From Heterodontus francisci (Eukaryota): 64,000 bases of DNA. The position numbers were made by a program, and so were the translations under genes. The stretch is from contig NC_090416.1 in assembly GCF_036365525.1 (NCBI RefSeq), positions 15,038,945 to 15,102,944 on the forward strand. Direction: 5' to 3'. Below are positions 36,301-50,130 of the stretch, one piece after another; position 1 is the first letter of the stretch, and each line of letters opens with the position of its first letter. The notes below the pieces were generated by a model. The model was not told the DNA's origin. It ran no database searches and saw only the letters and a program-made list of their open reading frames with translations.

Positions 36301-38581
36301 CCAGAGTTTTCTATTGATCAATAATTAGCTTAAAATTAAATGTTATCTGGATAAAACTTTAATTCCTGTCGAACTGACAGGATCAGTCCAGGATTGAGTT
36401 GTTGTTAATGGCAAGTTTCTCTGACTGGGATGTGATAAACATATTCATTTGCAGAATAAGCACACAGCAGGAGAGAGGGCGGAGGCAGTGGCGTGGATTA
36501 GATTAGTAATTCAGAGGCCCAGGCTAACGGAATTTAAATTCGATTACTAAATCTGGAATTAAAAGCCTGGTCTCAGTGATGGTGACAATGAAAGCATTGT
36601 TAGTTGTTGTAGAAACCCCATCTGGTTCACTAATATCCTTGAAGGAAGGAAATCTGCAGTCCTGACCTGGCTTGAGCGACATGTGACTGCAGAGTGGTTG
36701 ACTCTTAAATGACTTAGTTACAGAATCAAGGCGGGTAAATGGAGTAAAATGATTTAATTGAATGGAGAGCCACCGATAAGGGGCTGAATGGCCTGCTCCT
36801 GTTCCTATGTACTTGTTGCCAGTAGGATCAGCTGTTCAAAAAATTAATTAGAAAATTGAGGACTGATGTCGGGAGATTCATCCCACTAAATGGTCCTCTG
36901 GGTAGGGCGGAGTCATTTCACTGGCCTGAGGGGTGAGGAGGACAGAACCTTTCTGGGCGGATGAGCTATGTTGAGCAGAATGACCTTTTTCATTTGCATC
37001 ATCTAACAAATCGCCTTTATTATATCTGTACAGAATGTATTTTGCATCAGAATAAGCCGATGTGAATTTGCGAATGTTTTCTATCTGCTCAGGATATGAA
37101 TCACAAGAGGCTGCCGATTAGATCAGAGTTTAATAATCAACTCAGTTATCCAGTAATCAGCACACCAATGGTCTCAATCCCAGCTTTTTAATGTATGTGA
37201 AATTAAAGGTGGACCCAGAATATGTCACCCCATCTCAATGAACCACTGAATTTTACTCACACATTTGACTATTTTTTTTTAGAGATACAGCACTGAAACA
37301 GGCCCTTCGGCCCACCTAATCTGCGCCAACCAACAACCACCCATTTATACCAATCCCACATTAATTCCATATTCCCTACCACATCCCCACCATTCTCCTA
37401 CCACTTACCTACACTAGAAGCAATTTACAATGGCCAAATTACCTATCAACCTTCAAGTCTTTGGCGGTGGGTGGAAATTAACACCCGGTGAAAACCCACG
37501 CGGTCACAGGGACAACTTGCAAACACCACACAGGCAGCACCCAGAACCGAACCCGCATCGCTGGAGCTTTGAGGCTGCGATGCTAACCACTGCGCCACTG
37601 TGCCGCCCTAAAGTTCAACAATTTTCAAATGTGAAGAGAGAACTGTGTTAACGTTTGTGACTTATTCACATCGTCAACAAACCATTTTCAGACACAGCCG
37701 ATAGATTCTGTTTTCGGAAATATTAGATACTAACATTTATTTGGAAGTGTAATGGAAGGGACTAATTTTCAGGATTATCTGGAGGTCGCTAGGGCATGAG
37801 ACTAAATTGCACAGCTCTTACAAAGAGCTGGCACATGGGTGACGGGCTGAAAGGCCTCCCTCTGTGCTGTATCTATGATTCCATGATTCTAATAGGAGAT
37901 GAAACTCCCCACAATATTACTACCGAAATCACTGGACTGCAATCTCAAAGAGCAGGTTCATTTAAAATATTGTGTTTGAAGAGTAAATGTAACAGTCTTC
38001 ACTCCCAGGACACAATCAGAGAAAGCTCGGCTTCACTAACACTGCAGCTTGAACATTAATGCAGCTTAAATCCCGAGTCAGTGTCTGAACTCTCCTGTCA
38101 GTCCTTCTGCCCACTTTTAACTCGCACACATTTGCTCTCTAAAGGTCTTTGTAAATTGGTCTGGGAGATATCCTGAGCGAATCTAGAATGAACCACTAAA
38201 CAACTGGAATCACAAACCTATCATTCGTTTATAAATCTCTTTTATTATAATTGTAACTCGGACACTGATACATTGTAAAGATTGTTTGAATTATATCCCG
38301 CTCACATGCTGTATAAAGATGCACAATGCAATTAAAAATCACCAATCCAAGAAAGTGGAAACACGTAGAGACTGAAGTGAAACTGCAGGCGATATATCAT
38401 CGTTAGAATAGCGGACATTCAGAGGGAATTCGCAGATTCCGTTTTGGGTGCAATCGGAGAAGTGCGCCAAAATTTGGCTGAAATTGCGCCTGTTAGGCTG
38501 AAAGACTCTCCGGCCAAACAGCGGAAACGTCCTGCAACACGTCATATCCCGGAAGCAGGGTGTGAGCGCTTCCTTTTGCCA

Positions 38582-40150
38582 TCAGATAGTGGGATTCTCG
38601 TTAAACGCCAGGCGAGCGTAAAGTGGCTGTGAGAGAAAACAGAAACCATGAACGTAACCCACACCATCATCATAGAATCAGGAGGAGGCCATTCAGCCTC
38701 TGTTGCCCCATTCAATTAGATCATGGCTCATCTGTATCTTAACTCCATCTACCCGCTTTGGGACAGACTGAAATTTTGTGAATGGTAAGTAGGCAGACAG
38801 ACAGATTAATAGATAATTATAGACAGACATGTGGAGAGAAAGTGGCGGACTGGAAATATAATCACATCATCCAACTTTACGCACTGACCAATCAGACATA
38901 CACTGATCTCCAACCATGAAAGTATGGCCAGCTGGACATTAGAACTTAAGATATGGGAACAGGACTAGGCCATTCGGCCCTTCGAGGCTGCTGCCCCATT
39001 CAATAAGATCACAGTTAATCTTCTGCCTCAACTCCATTATCCCGTTGAATCCCCATATTCCTTAATTCCACTAGTGCACAATAATCTATCAATCTCTGCC
39101 ATGAATATACTCAATGTCTGAGTAACCACATCTCTCTGGGGTGGTGAAGACAGATGGACTTAAGCACTCAGAAAGATAAACACTGAATATTGATAAATAT
39201 GCGATAGGTCGATGATGAGATCATTATGTATGGACAAGTGGAAAGAGAGAGGCTTGTAATGTACAAAGTTTTTCTGTTGCAAAATCAGCCTCACATCAGC
39301 ATTAAATACATTAGTAAAGGGTCACTGTTAATAGTTACCTCTCTGAGATGATAGATTTTCACTGATAAATTTCTCTGCAGAGTTGATTTGAACAGTGCAA
39401 GTACAGACAACGTCGCTGCTCCAAGTTTCCGCCGGCACGCTGATGTGACTCCTGATACTGTATGTCCCATCCCGGTCTATTGTCCCGGAATCGATCTGTC
39501 CCTCGGCAACCTGTCCGGAAACATTCCAGTGGATGGGAAAGGAATGGGGAGGCCGGCCTCTTACCAAACACATCAGTGGGACCATTTCCATGGAGGAAAT
39601 TTCAGCCGGTCGGTGGGGTTAAGAGAGAAAAAGTCGGTGGATCCTCTGAAGTGGGGAAATAAAACGGCACCCGGATTAACAATTTTCAAAGACAAATTTT
39701 AATTGATATGTAAATGTCCAACTGAATGAAATAAGCGTGAAGATTTACCTGTATTGCGGGTTGCACAGTAATACATCCCAGAATCATTTCTCTGTACATT
39801 TGAAATCACCAGAGCACAATTACCCGAATTAACATCAACCTCGCCGGAAAACCTTCCATATGCAGGGTAGTGTTTGCGCACTCTGTAAACGAGCTGCATG
39901 TCCCTCCGGTGCTGCTGTCTGTACCACAAGACAGAGCTAACTCCAACCCTCTCGGTGTGGCAATTCAGTTTAACACGGCTTCCCACAGGGACTGTTTGAA
40001 TCGGCAGAGACTGGGACAGACGGTCTGAGAGACAACAACTGAACAGAAGACAAAGCATTCTCACGTTAGATTGTGGACCCGCGAACACAACCTATGGCCA
40101 AGATAAATAAAAAATCTAAAATTGCCTGGAAAAGCGCATCTGTTCGTATG
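38582..40150 (-). pseudogene. Subfamily B pseudogene B2
   Basis: Leader ATG changed to ATA. V exon 39749-40038 has -1 nt and a 48-nt deletion of the J-like part. C1 39339-39645 has +1 nt. TM and cytoplasmic exons are deleted near 38760. Last exon 38582-38626 reads PLYARLAFNENPTI*. Confidence 0.88.
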
Positions 40151-40587
40151 TCGGAAAATCGGGAAACCCGTGCACTATTTAAATCGTGGGTAAATATGCG
40201 CCCACCATATTGACTGCGCCTTTTTTACCCTCACTTTCGAAAGGCGCCGACCACTAAATCTGGGTTTCTCACTGGGGAGGAATATGGAAACTGTTGGATG
40301 TTATTTAAAGAGCCTGTTTTAAAGCAACATTTTCCAGCTTTGATTTTCCTCATCTACCAGGAGGAAGTTCATTTTCGGATTAATTTCATTCACAGATGTT
40401 AGTGATCCAATTCCATGTCGCTGTATTGACATTGACTGGAGAACATCGTTTTCAAAGTAGCTGAATAAATATGTCTGTTATATTAAAATTGCGTGCGTAA
40501 TTACATCCCATCGAATCCCACAGAACAGAAGGAGGCCATTCGGCCCATCGTTCCTGTGCTGGTTCTGTGACGGAGTTTTCCAATTAG

Positions 40588-41154
40588 AGTCATAGAGTCA
40601 AACAGCATAGAAACAGGCCCTTTGGCCCACCGCATCCATGCCGACCATAATGCCTATCTATACTAATCCCACCTGCCTGCATTAATTTCATATCCCTCTA
40701 TGTCTTGCTCATTCAGGTACCTGTCCAGATGCCTCTTAAATGTCACTACCGTTCCTTGCCTCCACCACCTCCTCAGGCAGCTTATTCCAGATACCCACTA
40801 TTTTTTGTGTGAAACATTTACCCCTTTGATCCTCTTTAAACCTCCTCCCTCTCACCTTAAATCAATGCCCTCTAGTTTTAGTCATCCCTACCACGGGAAA
40901 CAGACTCTGGCTATCTACCCTATCCATGCCTCTCATAATTTTATATACCTCTATCATGTCCCCTCTCAGCTTCCTTCGCTCCATGGAAAGCAGACCCAGC
41001 CTATCCAATCTCTCTTTATAACTCAGGCTCTCCAAAGCAGGCAACATCCGTGTGAATCTTTTCTGCACCCTGTCTCGCTTAATCACATCTTTCCTGTAGT
41101 GCGGCGACCAGAACAGCACACAGTGCTCCAAATGCGGCCAAACAAAGTTATGTA
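40588..41154 (-). mobile_element. CR1 3' fragment with a 7-bp target-site duplication
   Basis: ORF 40862-41131 is the CR1 C-terminus. CAATTAG flanks both sides (40581-40587 and 41155-41161). Confidence 0.85.
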
Positions 41155-44100
41155 CAATTAGTCCCCACTCTCCATGCTCTTCCCCTATAGACTTGCAAAC
41201 GTTTCCTCTCCAAGTATTTCTCCAATTCCCCTTTTGAAATTTCCGATTGAATCTGCTTCCATCGCCTTTTCAGGCGCGCATTCCAGTTCACAACAACTCA
41301 CTGCGTAAAACAAATTCTCCTCATCTCCCCCTCTGGCTCATTTACCAATTATCTTAAATCTGTGTCCCTCTGGTTATCGATCCTCCTGCCACTGGAAACA
41401 GTTGCTCCTTATTTCCTCAATCCAAACCCTTCTCCACTCTATCAGAACATGTCAGAATATTTCACCCTGGATGAGATGGGACAAAGCATAGATTCCGAGG
41501 AAGCTCATTGTCCGTGACCCAGACCGTGATATCTGAGCTACCCGCCAGTACCTCACTGAGAAATCGCTCTCGTTAGATCGGTGCTGAAGGAGGTGTGAAA
41601 TGAAGAGCGGGTGGCAGAACTTGTCCCCTGTGTTTATTAATAAATGAGCGACTGAGCTGGTAAATGGTGTTGAGGCAGAGAGCTCTCTGTGGGTTTCCTG
41701 TTTTGACAAGGTCGAGTGCTGACACGCACACTTACAGTATCTGTTTTACAAAAAGATTCACGTTTTTACTCATATTAGTTAAGCCACACTTGGAGTTACA
41801 GTTTACAGTTCTGGTGTCCACATTATAGAAATGTTATAGAAATACTGGGGAAGATGCAATAAAGATTCACAAGGATGATACCAGAACTGAGAGGTTTTGA
41901 CTATAAGGAAAGGTGGAACAGGTTGTATTCTCCAGAAAATGGCATAAAAAATACAGCACAGAAAACAGGTCATTCGGCCCATCTGATCCATGCAGGTGTT
42001 TAAGCTCCAAACGAGCCTCCGCCCACCCCTCTTCTTCTCACCCTATCAGCATATCCTTTTATTCCTTTCTCCCTCGTATGTTTATACAGCTTCCCCTTAA
42101 ATGCATCTCTGCTATTCACCTTAACTGCTCACTGTGGTAGCGAGTTTCACATTCTCACCACTCTCTGGTTAAAGAAGGCTCTCATGAATTTCCAATTCAA
42201 TTTCTTTGCAACTATCTTATATTAGTGGCCCCTAGTTCTCATCTCGCCACAAGTGGAAACATATTCCCTGCTGATAGACAATAGTGGATAGCATCTATTC
42301 AGGCTTATCTTCTACAGGGGTGAGCACAAACTTGAGGGATGGAGAATTCAGATTTCAGAAGTAGATATGGTCGTTAGGAAGGCATATGAGATACTTACCT
42401 CTATTAGACGAGGCACAGAATATAAGAGCAGGGAAGTTATAAACGCTAGTTAGGCCACAGCTGCAGTACTGTGTACAGTTCTGGTCGCCACACTATAGGA
42501 AGGATGTGATTGCACTGGAGAGGATGCAGAGCAGATTCACCAGGATGTTGCCTGGGCTGGTGCATTTTAGCAATGATAGGCTCGGGTTGTTTTCCTTCGA
42601 GCAGGAAAGGCTGATGAGGGGTAGGGGGGAGGAACTGATTGAGGTATACAAAATCATGAGGGGCACAGATGGGGGAGATAAGAAGAAACTTTTTCCCTTC
42701 GCGGAGGTGTCAATAACCACGGGTCATAGATTTAAGGTAAGGGGCAGAAGGTTTAGAGGGGATTTGAGTAACAGTTGTTTTCACCTAGAAGGTGGTTCGA
42801 ATCTGGAACAGACTGCCTGAATATGTGGCAGAGGCAGGAAGCCTCACTACATTTAAGAAGTATCTGCATGAACACTTGAAACGCCATAGCATACAAAGCT
42901 ACGGGGTAAAGGCTGGATAATGGGATTAGAATGGATAGGAGCTTGTTGGCCGGCAGAGTCACGATGGGCCGAAGGGCCTGTTTCTGTGCTGTATAACCCT
43001 ATGGCTCTAACTAGAACTGACTGGATTTTGGTAAAGTAAGACTACTAACATTAATGAGAGCAAATGAATTATTTCACTGTATACATTTCTGCTTTAATTA
43101 TAATTGGTTTACTTGTAACCACTAAACAGGAATCCAACAGTTCAAGGGACTGTAATAAACCAAGTTCAACTTCGAGCTGTATATAATGCCCATTCTTTAA
43201 TTTCCTCAGCGATTCAAGGACTCAGCTGTTCACACAAATAAATCTTGATAAATAAAAGTAACTAACAGAATACCTCACTGCCAAATCTAGTCCACAGCTT
43301 TAGTACTGCGCACTGTTCCGGTCACCATATTAGAGGAAAGACGTGATTGCACTGGAAAGGGTGTAGAGGAGATTTGTGATGATATTGCCAGGACTGGAGA
43401 ATTTTAGCAATGACGGAAGATTGGTTAGGCTGGGTTATTTTTCTTGGAACAGAGGAGGCTGAGGTGTATAAACCTATAAGCCTAGACAGAGTAAATAGGG
43501 ACGACCTATTTAAAATAGCAGAGGGGTCAAAAACCAGGGAACATGGATTTAAAATAATTGATGGAAGGATCAGAGGGGAGATCAGGAAACGTTGTTTCAC
43601 CCAGAGTGAGATAGAGACCCGGAACGCACTGTGTGAAGGGTGGTAGAGGCCGAAAATCGCACCTCATATAAAAAGTACTTGATTGCTATTGGTTTGCCAT
43701 TGTTATCAGAACTTTTGTGTTGATAATTGTCAATAGTGGAGCTGGCAGCTGAGACAGGAAATGTGAATTTCGATCGAGCGTGTTGCTGTTTGGCGCCCTC
43801 ATGTGTTGAACGTGAGGTAGCACAATCCTAAAAGCTCAATTTGCCCTGGACTTGATTCCCTCCAGTGAGTGGCTTTTCAGTGATTTGCAGATCGGACTAT
43901 TTCTGAAAGAGTCTGAGAGCAGTGTCACGGTGAGTCAACCCCGCTAATACAAAAGGACAAGTGGGTTATTGCTCAGATGAAATCTAACACCATCGAAACA
44001 GGGAAGCCGTGCAGTTCATTGCAGGGTTCCAGAACATTAGCCATTTTGGTAGGCACGGGAGCAGGCCATTCAGCTCCTCGAGCCTGTTCCCACATTCAAT

Positions 44101-46469
44101 TAGATCTTGCCCGGTCTGTGATCGAATACCAGTGACTCGCCGTGCTTCATTATCCCTTCATCCCTTTACCCAATAAAAATCTATTTATCTCAGTTGAGAC
44201 AATTAAAATTGACTCCCCAGTCTCAACAACTTTATGACGCAGAGAGTTCCGATTTCCATTACCCTTTGTGAAGAAGTGTTTCCAGAGATCACCCACGAAC
44301 GACGTGGCTCTAATTTTAATGATATGCACCTTGGTCTGGACTCCCCCTATAAATTCTTTTAAGCACCTGAAGCACTTCAAATAGACCACTCATCAATACT
44401 GAACCAGGAGTCTCTCAAGTCTGTGGAGTGGGACGGAGGCACAGCTGCCCCTGTTTAGCACTCCGGGGTGCACTCACCACAAGTAGGCAGAGCTCCACGT
44501 CAGACAGGAAGTGGAAACCAGGTTCAGTTCTGCATACCGTGCCTGCAGAATCTGGGAGCAGATGTAAGAGGAAGGACAATATTTGAAGGAAGCTGCCAAG
44601 GTGAGACTATGCTCACACATAAGCCTAATTCCAAATAAGGCTCAGGCAATGAGACTGAGATCATTAGCAGTTTACTGGTACATCATCGACAAAGCTTTTG
44701 CAAACATGGCCTATATAGATACAAAGTCAACTTACATCGGGGTACCAAGAAGTGACCATACCATACACGCTCTGCTAAGAATCTCTTTGCACATAGCACT
44801 AATAAGGGTTTCACAGAACCTCGGGCATTCCCACATTTATAGCTGATACAGAAATGCCTACAGTAAAATAATTCATAATTTCACATTAATTTTCAGCTCT
44901 TCCTTTTCTAACATCCAGTTAATTCAAGTGTCAAGACTGTTTCTTGCACAGTGCTTCAGCCTTATCTTGTGTTTGACATTCTTTAACTTTCGTTGACTCT
45001 GAATTCTCCATCCATTAAATGGATCCTATCCACTTTTGTCCAACATTACTCAGTACTTTCCCGTCATATGACTGGCATGAGAACTGTGCATGTACTCTTT
45101 ACAGGAATCCACACATTAATTTTAACACATCTGGATCAGGATTGCAAGCCAGTCCGGGTTGCTCGGTGACCTTTTCCACACTAAATTTCCCCCCACACAA
45201 GCTCTCACACACATTCAGTGTTTCTTGCTTCCAGTTCATATCCCGCCTCCTCCCTGTGTTTCGTGGTAAGTTTTGATTTAGTTGATGTCTCTTCATTGCC
45301 CCACTCAGATATCCCCTTTACAGTCCCTGCTTCTCTATTGTGCAGTTTGCCTGTGATCAGAGTCTCTCTTGGCCCGAGGAAGGGGGTTAATTATCATTCA
45401 AATTTCAATTCTGATTAAAATAAAGGTTATATCTGAAATATTACACTTTCTTTGCTCGTCAAAGATCTGACTGACCTGCTACGTATTTCTTGTACTTCAT
45501 CTATCACTTTCGCATTCTCTCTACCTGCCTCTCCCTCTATTTTAGTATCTGACTTCCCAGCTATTTCGCTCACTTGCTCTCTGGCATTAGAACTGTCTGC
45601 CCTCTCAGGTGAACGTAAAAGAGACGGGGAGTTCAATATTCATCCTTCAAACAACATCACTAAAGCAGGTTATCTGGGTCATTTTCCTGGTACAAAATCC
45701 TGGGTCAAAATACTGGAATCCCCTTCCCAACAGCACTGTGGGTGTAGCTACAACCCATGGATTGCAGTGATTCAAGAAGGCGGCTCACCACCACTTTCTC
45801 AAGGAAAATTAGGGATGGGCAGTAAATACTGAACAACGAATAAAAAAATGTAAATGATCATGTTGTTGTTTGTGGGATCTTGCTGTGCGCAAATTGGTAG
45901 TCGTGCAGACTATATTAAAACAGTGATTACACTTTCAGAGAAGTACTTCATTGGCTGTTAAGTGCTTTGGGACGCCCGGATGTCATAACGGTGCTGCATT
46001 AATACATGGCTCTTTGTTTTAGAACATACTGCGATCATTCCACCGTTTTCATACTGTAGGTGCGATCAGACACGGGTCCAGAGATCACAACATGATAACA
46101 AAGTTTGAAAAAACTGAACTCCTCATTTCTCCTGTCACATTAACCTTTTTGAGTATTTTCTGCATGAATCTTATAACGGTGCATTACTGAAAGGCTGGAT
46201 AATAATGTCATCCTTTCCTGTCTCATGAATCACTGTTTGATGATCTCTTGGTGTTAAAAACGCTTATATGGGCGGTGCTAATACGTAGTCAACAAGGGTC
46301 TTCTCACGGCCCTAATATGGCCCAGCATGCTACAGATTCCCACGTGTGTTTTGGGGAGGAGCAGAAAAGGGTCAAGTTCTTGTCTTTGTAGTTCCAACAA
46401 CTTCCACGGGGTGGAGCTGCTTCTTGTTTCTGACGCTGCAACCTCCAGGCCATCAAAGTGATTCAGGTT

Positions 46470-47630
46470 TTATTCTATTTTCATGGCATGTGGGTGTCTC
46501 TGGTAAGGTCAGCATTTCTTGCCCATCCATAATTGCCCTTGAGAAGGTGACGATGAGTTGTTTCCTTAAACTGCTGCAGTCCATTTGGTACGGGTACACC
46601 CATAGTGCTTTAACGTAAGGGAATTTCAGGATTTTGATCCTGTCATAATGAAGCAATGGCGATCTAGTTGCAAGTTATGATTGTGTGCGATTTGGAGGGG
46701 AATTTGCAGATGGTGGTATTCCCATCTGCCTGCTGTCTTTGTCCTTCCAGTTAGAAAAGGTCGCGGATTTGGAAGGTGCTGTCGAAGTAGGCGCAGTAAG
46801 TTGCTGCAGTGCATCTTCTAAATGCTACACACAGCTGCTACTGTGCATCAGTGGTGGAGAGATTGAATGTTTAAGTTGGTGGATGGAGTGCCGATAAAGC
46901 ATACTGCTTTGTCCTGGATGGTGTCGAGCTTGCTGAGTGCTGTTGGAACCACACTCATCCAGGCAAGTGGAGAGAATTCCATCTAATTCCTGACTTGTGC
47001 CTTGTAGATGGTGGACAGGCTTTGGGGAGTCAGGAGGTGAGTTACTCGCCGCAGAATTCCCAGTCTCTGACCTGCGATTGAAGCCCCAGTATTTATGTGG
47101 TTGCTGCAGGTCAGTTTCTGGTCAATGGTAAGCCTCAGGATGCAGATAGTGGGGGAACTCGGTGATCGTAATGCCATTGAATGTGTCATGGGAGATTGTC
47201 ATTGTCTGGCATTTGTGTGGCACGAATGTTGCTTTCCACTTATCAGCCCAAACCTGAATGTCATCCATGTCGTGACGTATATGGGTACTGATTGCGTCAG
47301 TAGCTGAGGAGTTGTCAATGGTGATGAACATTGTGCAATCACCAGCGAACATCCCCATTTCTGAGCTTATGATAGAGGGCAGGTCATTGATGAAACAGTT
47401 GAAGTTGGTCGGGTCAAGGACACGACCATGAGGAACTCATGCAGCAATATCCTGGAGCTGATGTGATTGACCTCCAACAACCACAACTAACTTTCTTTGT
47501 GCTTCGTATAACTCGAAACAGAGGAGCATGTACTCCTTGATTCCCATTGACTTCAATTCGGCTCGGGCTCCTTGATGCCACACTCGTTCACATGCTGCCT
47601 TGATATCCAGAGCAATCACTCTCGCCTCAC
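46470..47630 (-). mobile_element. Second non-LTR retrotransposon family, degraded RT and 3' end
   Basis: Fragments ALDIKAA.ERVWHQG, MFA(G)D, WADKW..F.PHKCQ and LSTIYKAQVR. Short 3'-end copies of the same family lie at about 7250-7600, 8270-8515, 10250-10600, 12250-12530 and 55190-55550. Confidence 0.85.
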
Positions 47631-49189
47631 CATGTCAGGCCGCCAGTGTAAAGAGTGAAACAAAGTTAGCATTTCAGCTCGATAACCTTTCATCAGAACT
47701 GTTGAAAGATCAGCGACATGAAAGGCTGGCCACCTCCCATAATTTTTAGTTCATCCAAAACTCTGCTGCCCCGTGTCCTAACTCACACAAAGCCCCGTTC
47801 ACTCATCACCTCCGTGCACTCGCTGTCCTGCATTGGCTCCCAGTCTGGCGATGACTCTATTTTAAAATTCTCATCCTTGTTTTCCACTGCCTCCATGGCC
47901 CTCACTATCTGTGTCACCTCCTCCAGCCCCGACAACCCTCCGAGATCTCTGCTCTTCTCCAATTCTGGTCATTTGCACAGCACCATGATTCCCGTCACTC
48001 CATAATTGACGGCGGTGCCTTCAGCTGCCTGGGTCCTAAACAGTGGGATTCCCTCCCTCAACCTCTCCACTTCTCTCCCCGCCTTTAAGATGCACCTTAA
48101 ACCCTATCAAACTTTTAGTCACCAGTCCTAATATATCTTTCTGTGGCTTGGTGTTATATTTGGTCTGAATTATGCTGCTGTGAAGCACCTTGCGAGGTTT
48201 TATTAAGTTAAAGGTGCTATATAAATGCAAGTTGTTTCTCTCTCCACTGATTCTGCCGGTCCTGCTGAGTTTTCTCAGCATTTTTGCCTTGATATCAGAT
48301 TTCCAGCATCTGCAGTATTTTGCTTTTTGATGAAGGTGTGTAAACTCCTGAAAGCACGGTTGGAATCTTTTTTCAGGGTACTTGTATTGTTTTGGGTGAA
48401 CCTTTGAGCTAATCAAGTTGAGTAGGGGGGCGTGAACTCTGTGAAATGTAGCACAGGCTGGAGCTCTTTTCCCTAAATAGAAGACTGCGGGATGGTCTGA
48501 TAGAGGTCTTTAAAAATAGGAAGGGTTTGATAGCGTAGACGTAGAGAGGATTTCCCCACTTGTCGGGGAGACCAGAACAAAAACATGAGATAGTCCAGTT
48601 GGAATTCTGTGAAACCTGTTTGCCAGAGAGTGGTGAGAATGTGGAACTCACTACCACAGGGAGTGGAATATAAGGATATGCTGATACGGTGAGATGAAGG
48701 GGGACGGTGGGAGGAGGCTCGTGTGGAGCAGAAAAACCAGCGCGAACCGGATAGGCCGAACGGCCAGATTCGATGGTGTAAATCCGATGTAATTCTGTGC
48801 TATTCTATCACTACTGCCTCCCAGTGTCGAGATGCAATCTCCTTGAGCTCAGATTAAATGCAACGACACTCTGTCCCCTTGATGTCCTTTGGAGGCTGTT
48901 GAACCGGCATTGATTGCCGCTAAATCCTCTGGGATTCTTTAAAACACATTCATACGAGGCCACATAAATGGAAGAGACTTTTGGTGTTGTTACACCGACA
49001 AACCCTTCAACTCTCCTTCAACACCTCACGATTGTGGATTCCCCAGTTCAAGCCAGGGCCTCACTGGCACTCTTGCCTGGTGACTTCAAATCAGAAAGCA
49101 CCATTGTCTCCTGACAGCCCTTTGCTGCTGGGTACAACTAGTTCTAAACACCAACTGCTGAAAGTTCCTTCTCTCCCTTTCGCTCTTGC

Positions 49190-50130
49190 TCACCCCAGCT
49201 GAATCCAAACACCAACTCTGGTGAGGACTGGATGCACGTGGAGCTGGTATGGTGAGTCTGTGCCATTCTCACCAACTGGTGACACCCATTCTAAATATGC
49301 ATCAATGCCCACAGATATAAGGGTATCTGTGCTGGTGCAGGGTGCCCTACACTGCTTCAACAGTTCCTCCTCATGTGGCGTCTCCTCTTCTGAGGTCTCT
49401 GGTGACTCCAATACCCTCGGCCGTGCCTCATCTGCTACTGGTCCTGCAGGAGAGCCGAGAGTGGTCTTAACAACCTTCATATCCACCCACATCCTACTGC
49501 CTGTCCAGACTCCAAAGCTTCATGTGATTATCAAGGGCTACAGAGATATCACTGCAAACACTAGTGAGAATGTTTGGCACCATTACCATCGCTGTTCTCA
49601 CTCTGTCTGGTCTCCACACCCACCTCACCCCCTGCGACAGGCTGGCCTGCTGCCACCCATCCAAGCTCCATCACTTCCTCCTCCATCTACATTATTATAG
49701 TACTCTGAGGCTCATGACACATAGTGGTTCTTGGTGACGACCTGTGCATCGCAGGGTCATCTCGCCTGACATCTTATGGCCGCCATTTAAGACATAGAGT
49801 CATAGAGTCATAGCGTTGTACTGCACAGAAAAAGGCCCTTCGGCCCATCGACATGCAGGGCTGCCACCTTGCCATCATTCATGCCACTTGCCTTGCCAGA
49901 CTTCACTCGGTCATTGAAGCGTTTCCGGCACTGCACCCATATTTGCCTGACCACCCCGCGGCTGCGGACTTCCTCAGCCACCTCCAGCCAGACCTTCTTT
50001 CTGAGGTTTCCTCGCCTCCTTCTCCACTGGGAGCAGGACCTCTCTCCGTTCCCTCACTACCTGCAGGAGCACCTGCAAGGAAGCTTCACTGAAATGTGCA
50101 GCAACTCTTCCTCTCACTGCAGCCACTCAA
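49190..50130 (-). mobile_element. PIF/Harbinger DNA transposon remnant (Myb/SANT-like DNA-binding ORF, frameshifted)
   Basis: The reverse complement of 50110-49890 gives RVAAHFSEASLQVLLQVVRERREVLLP / KKVWLEVAEEVRSRGVVRQIWVQCRKRFND, a trihelix Myb/SANT signature. An acidic low-complexity segment follows at 49190-49492. TIRs were not identified. Confidence 0.75.
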
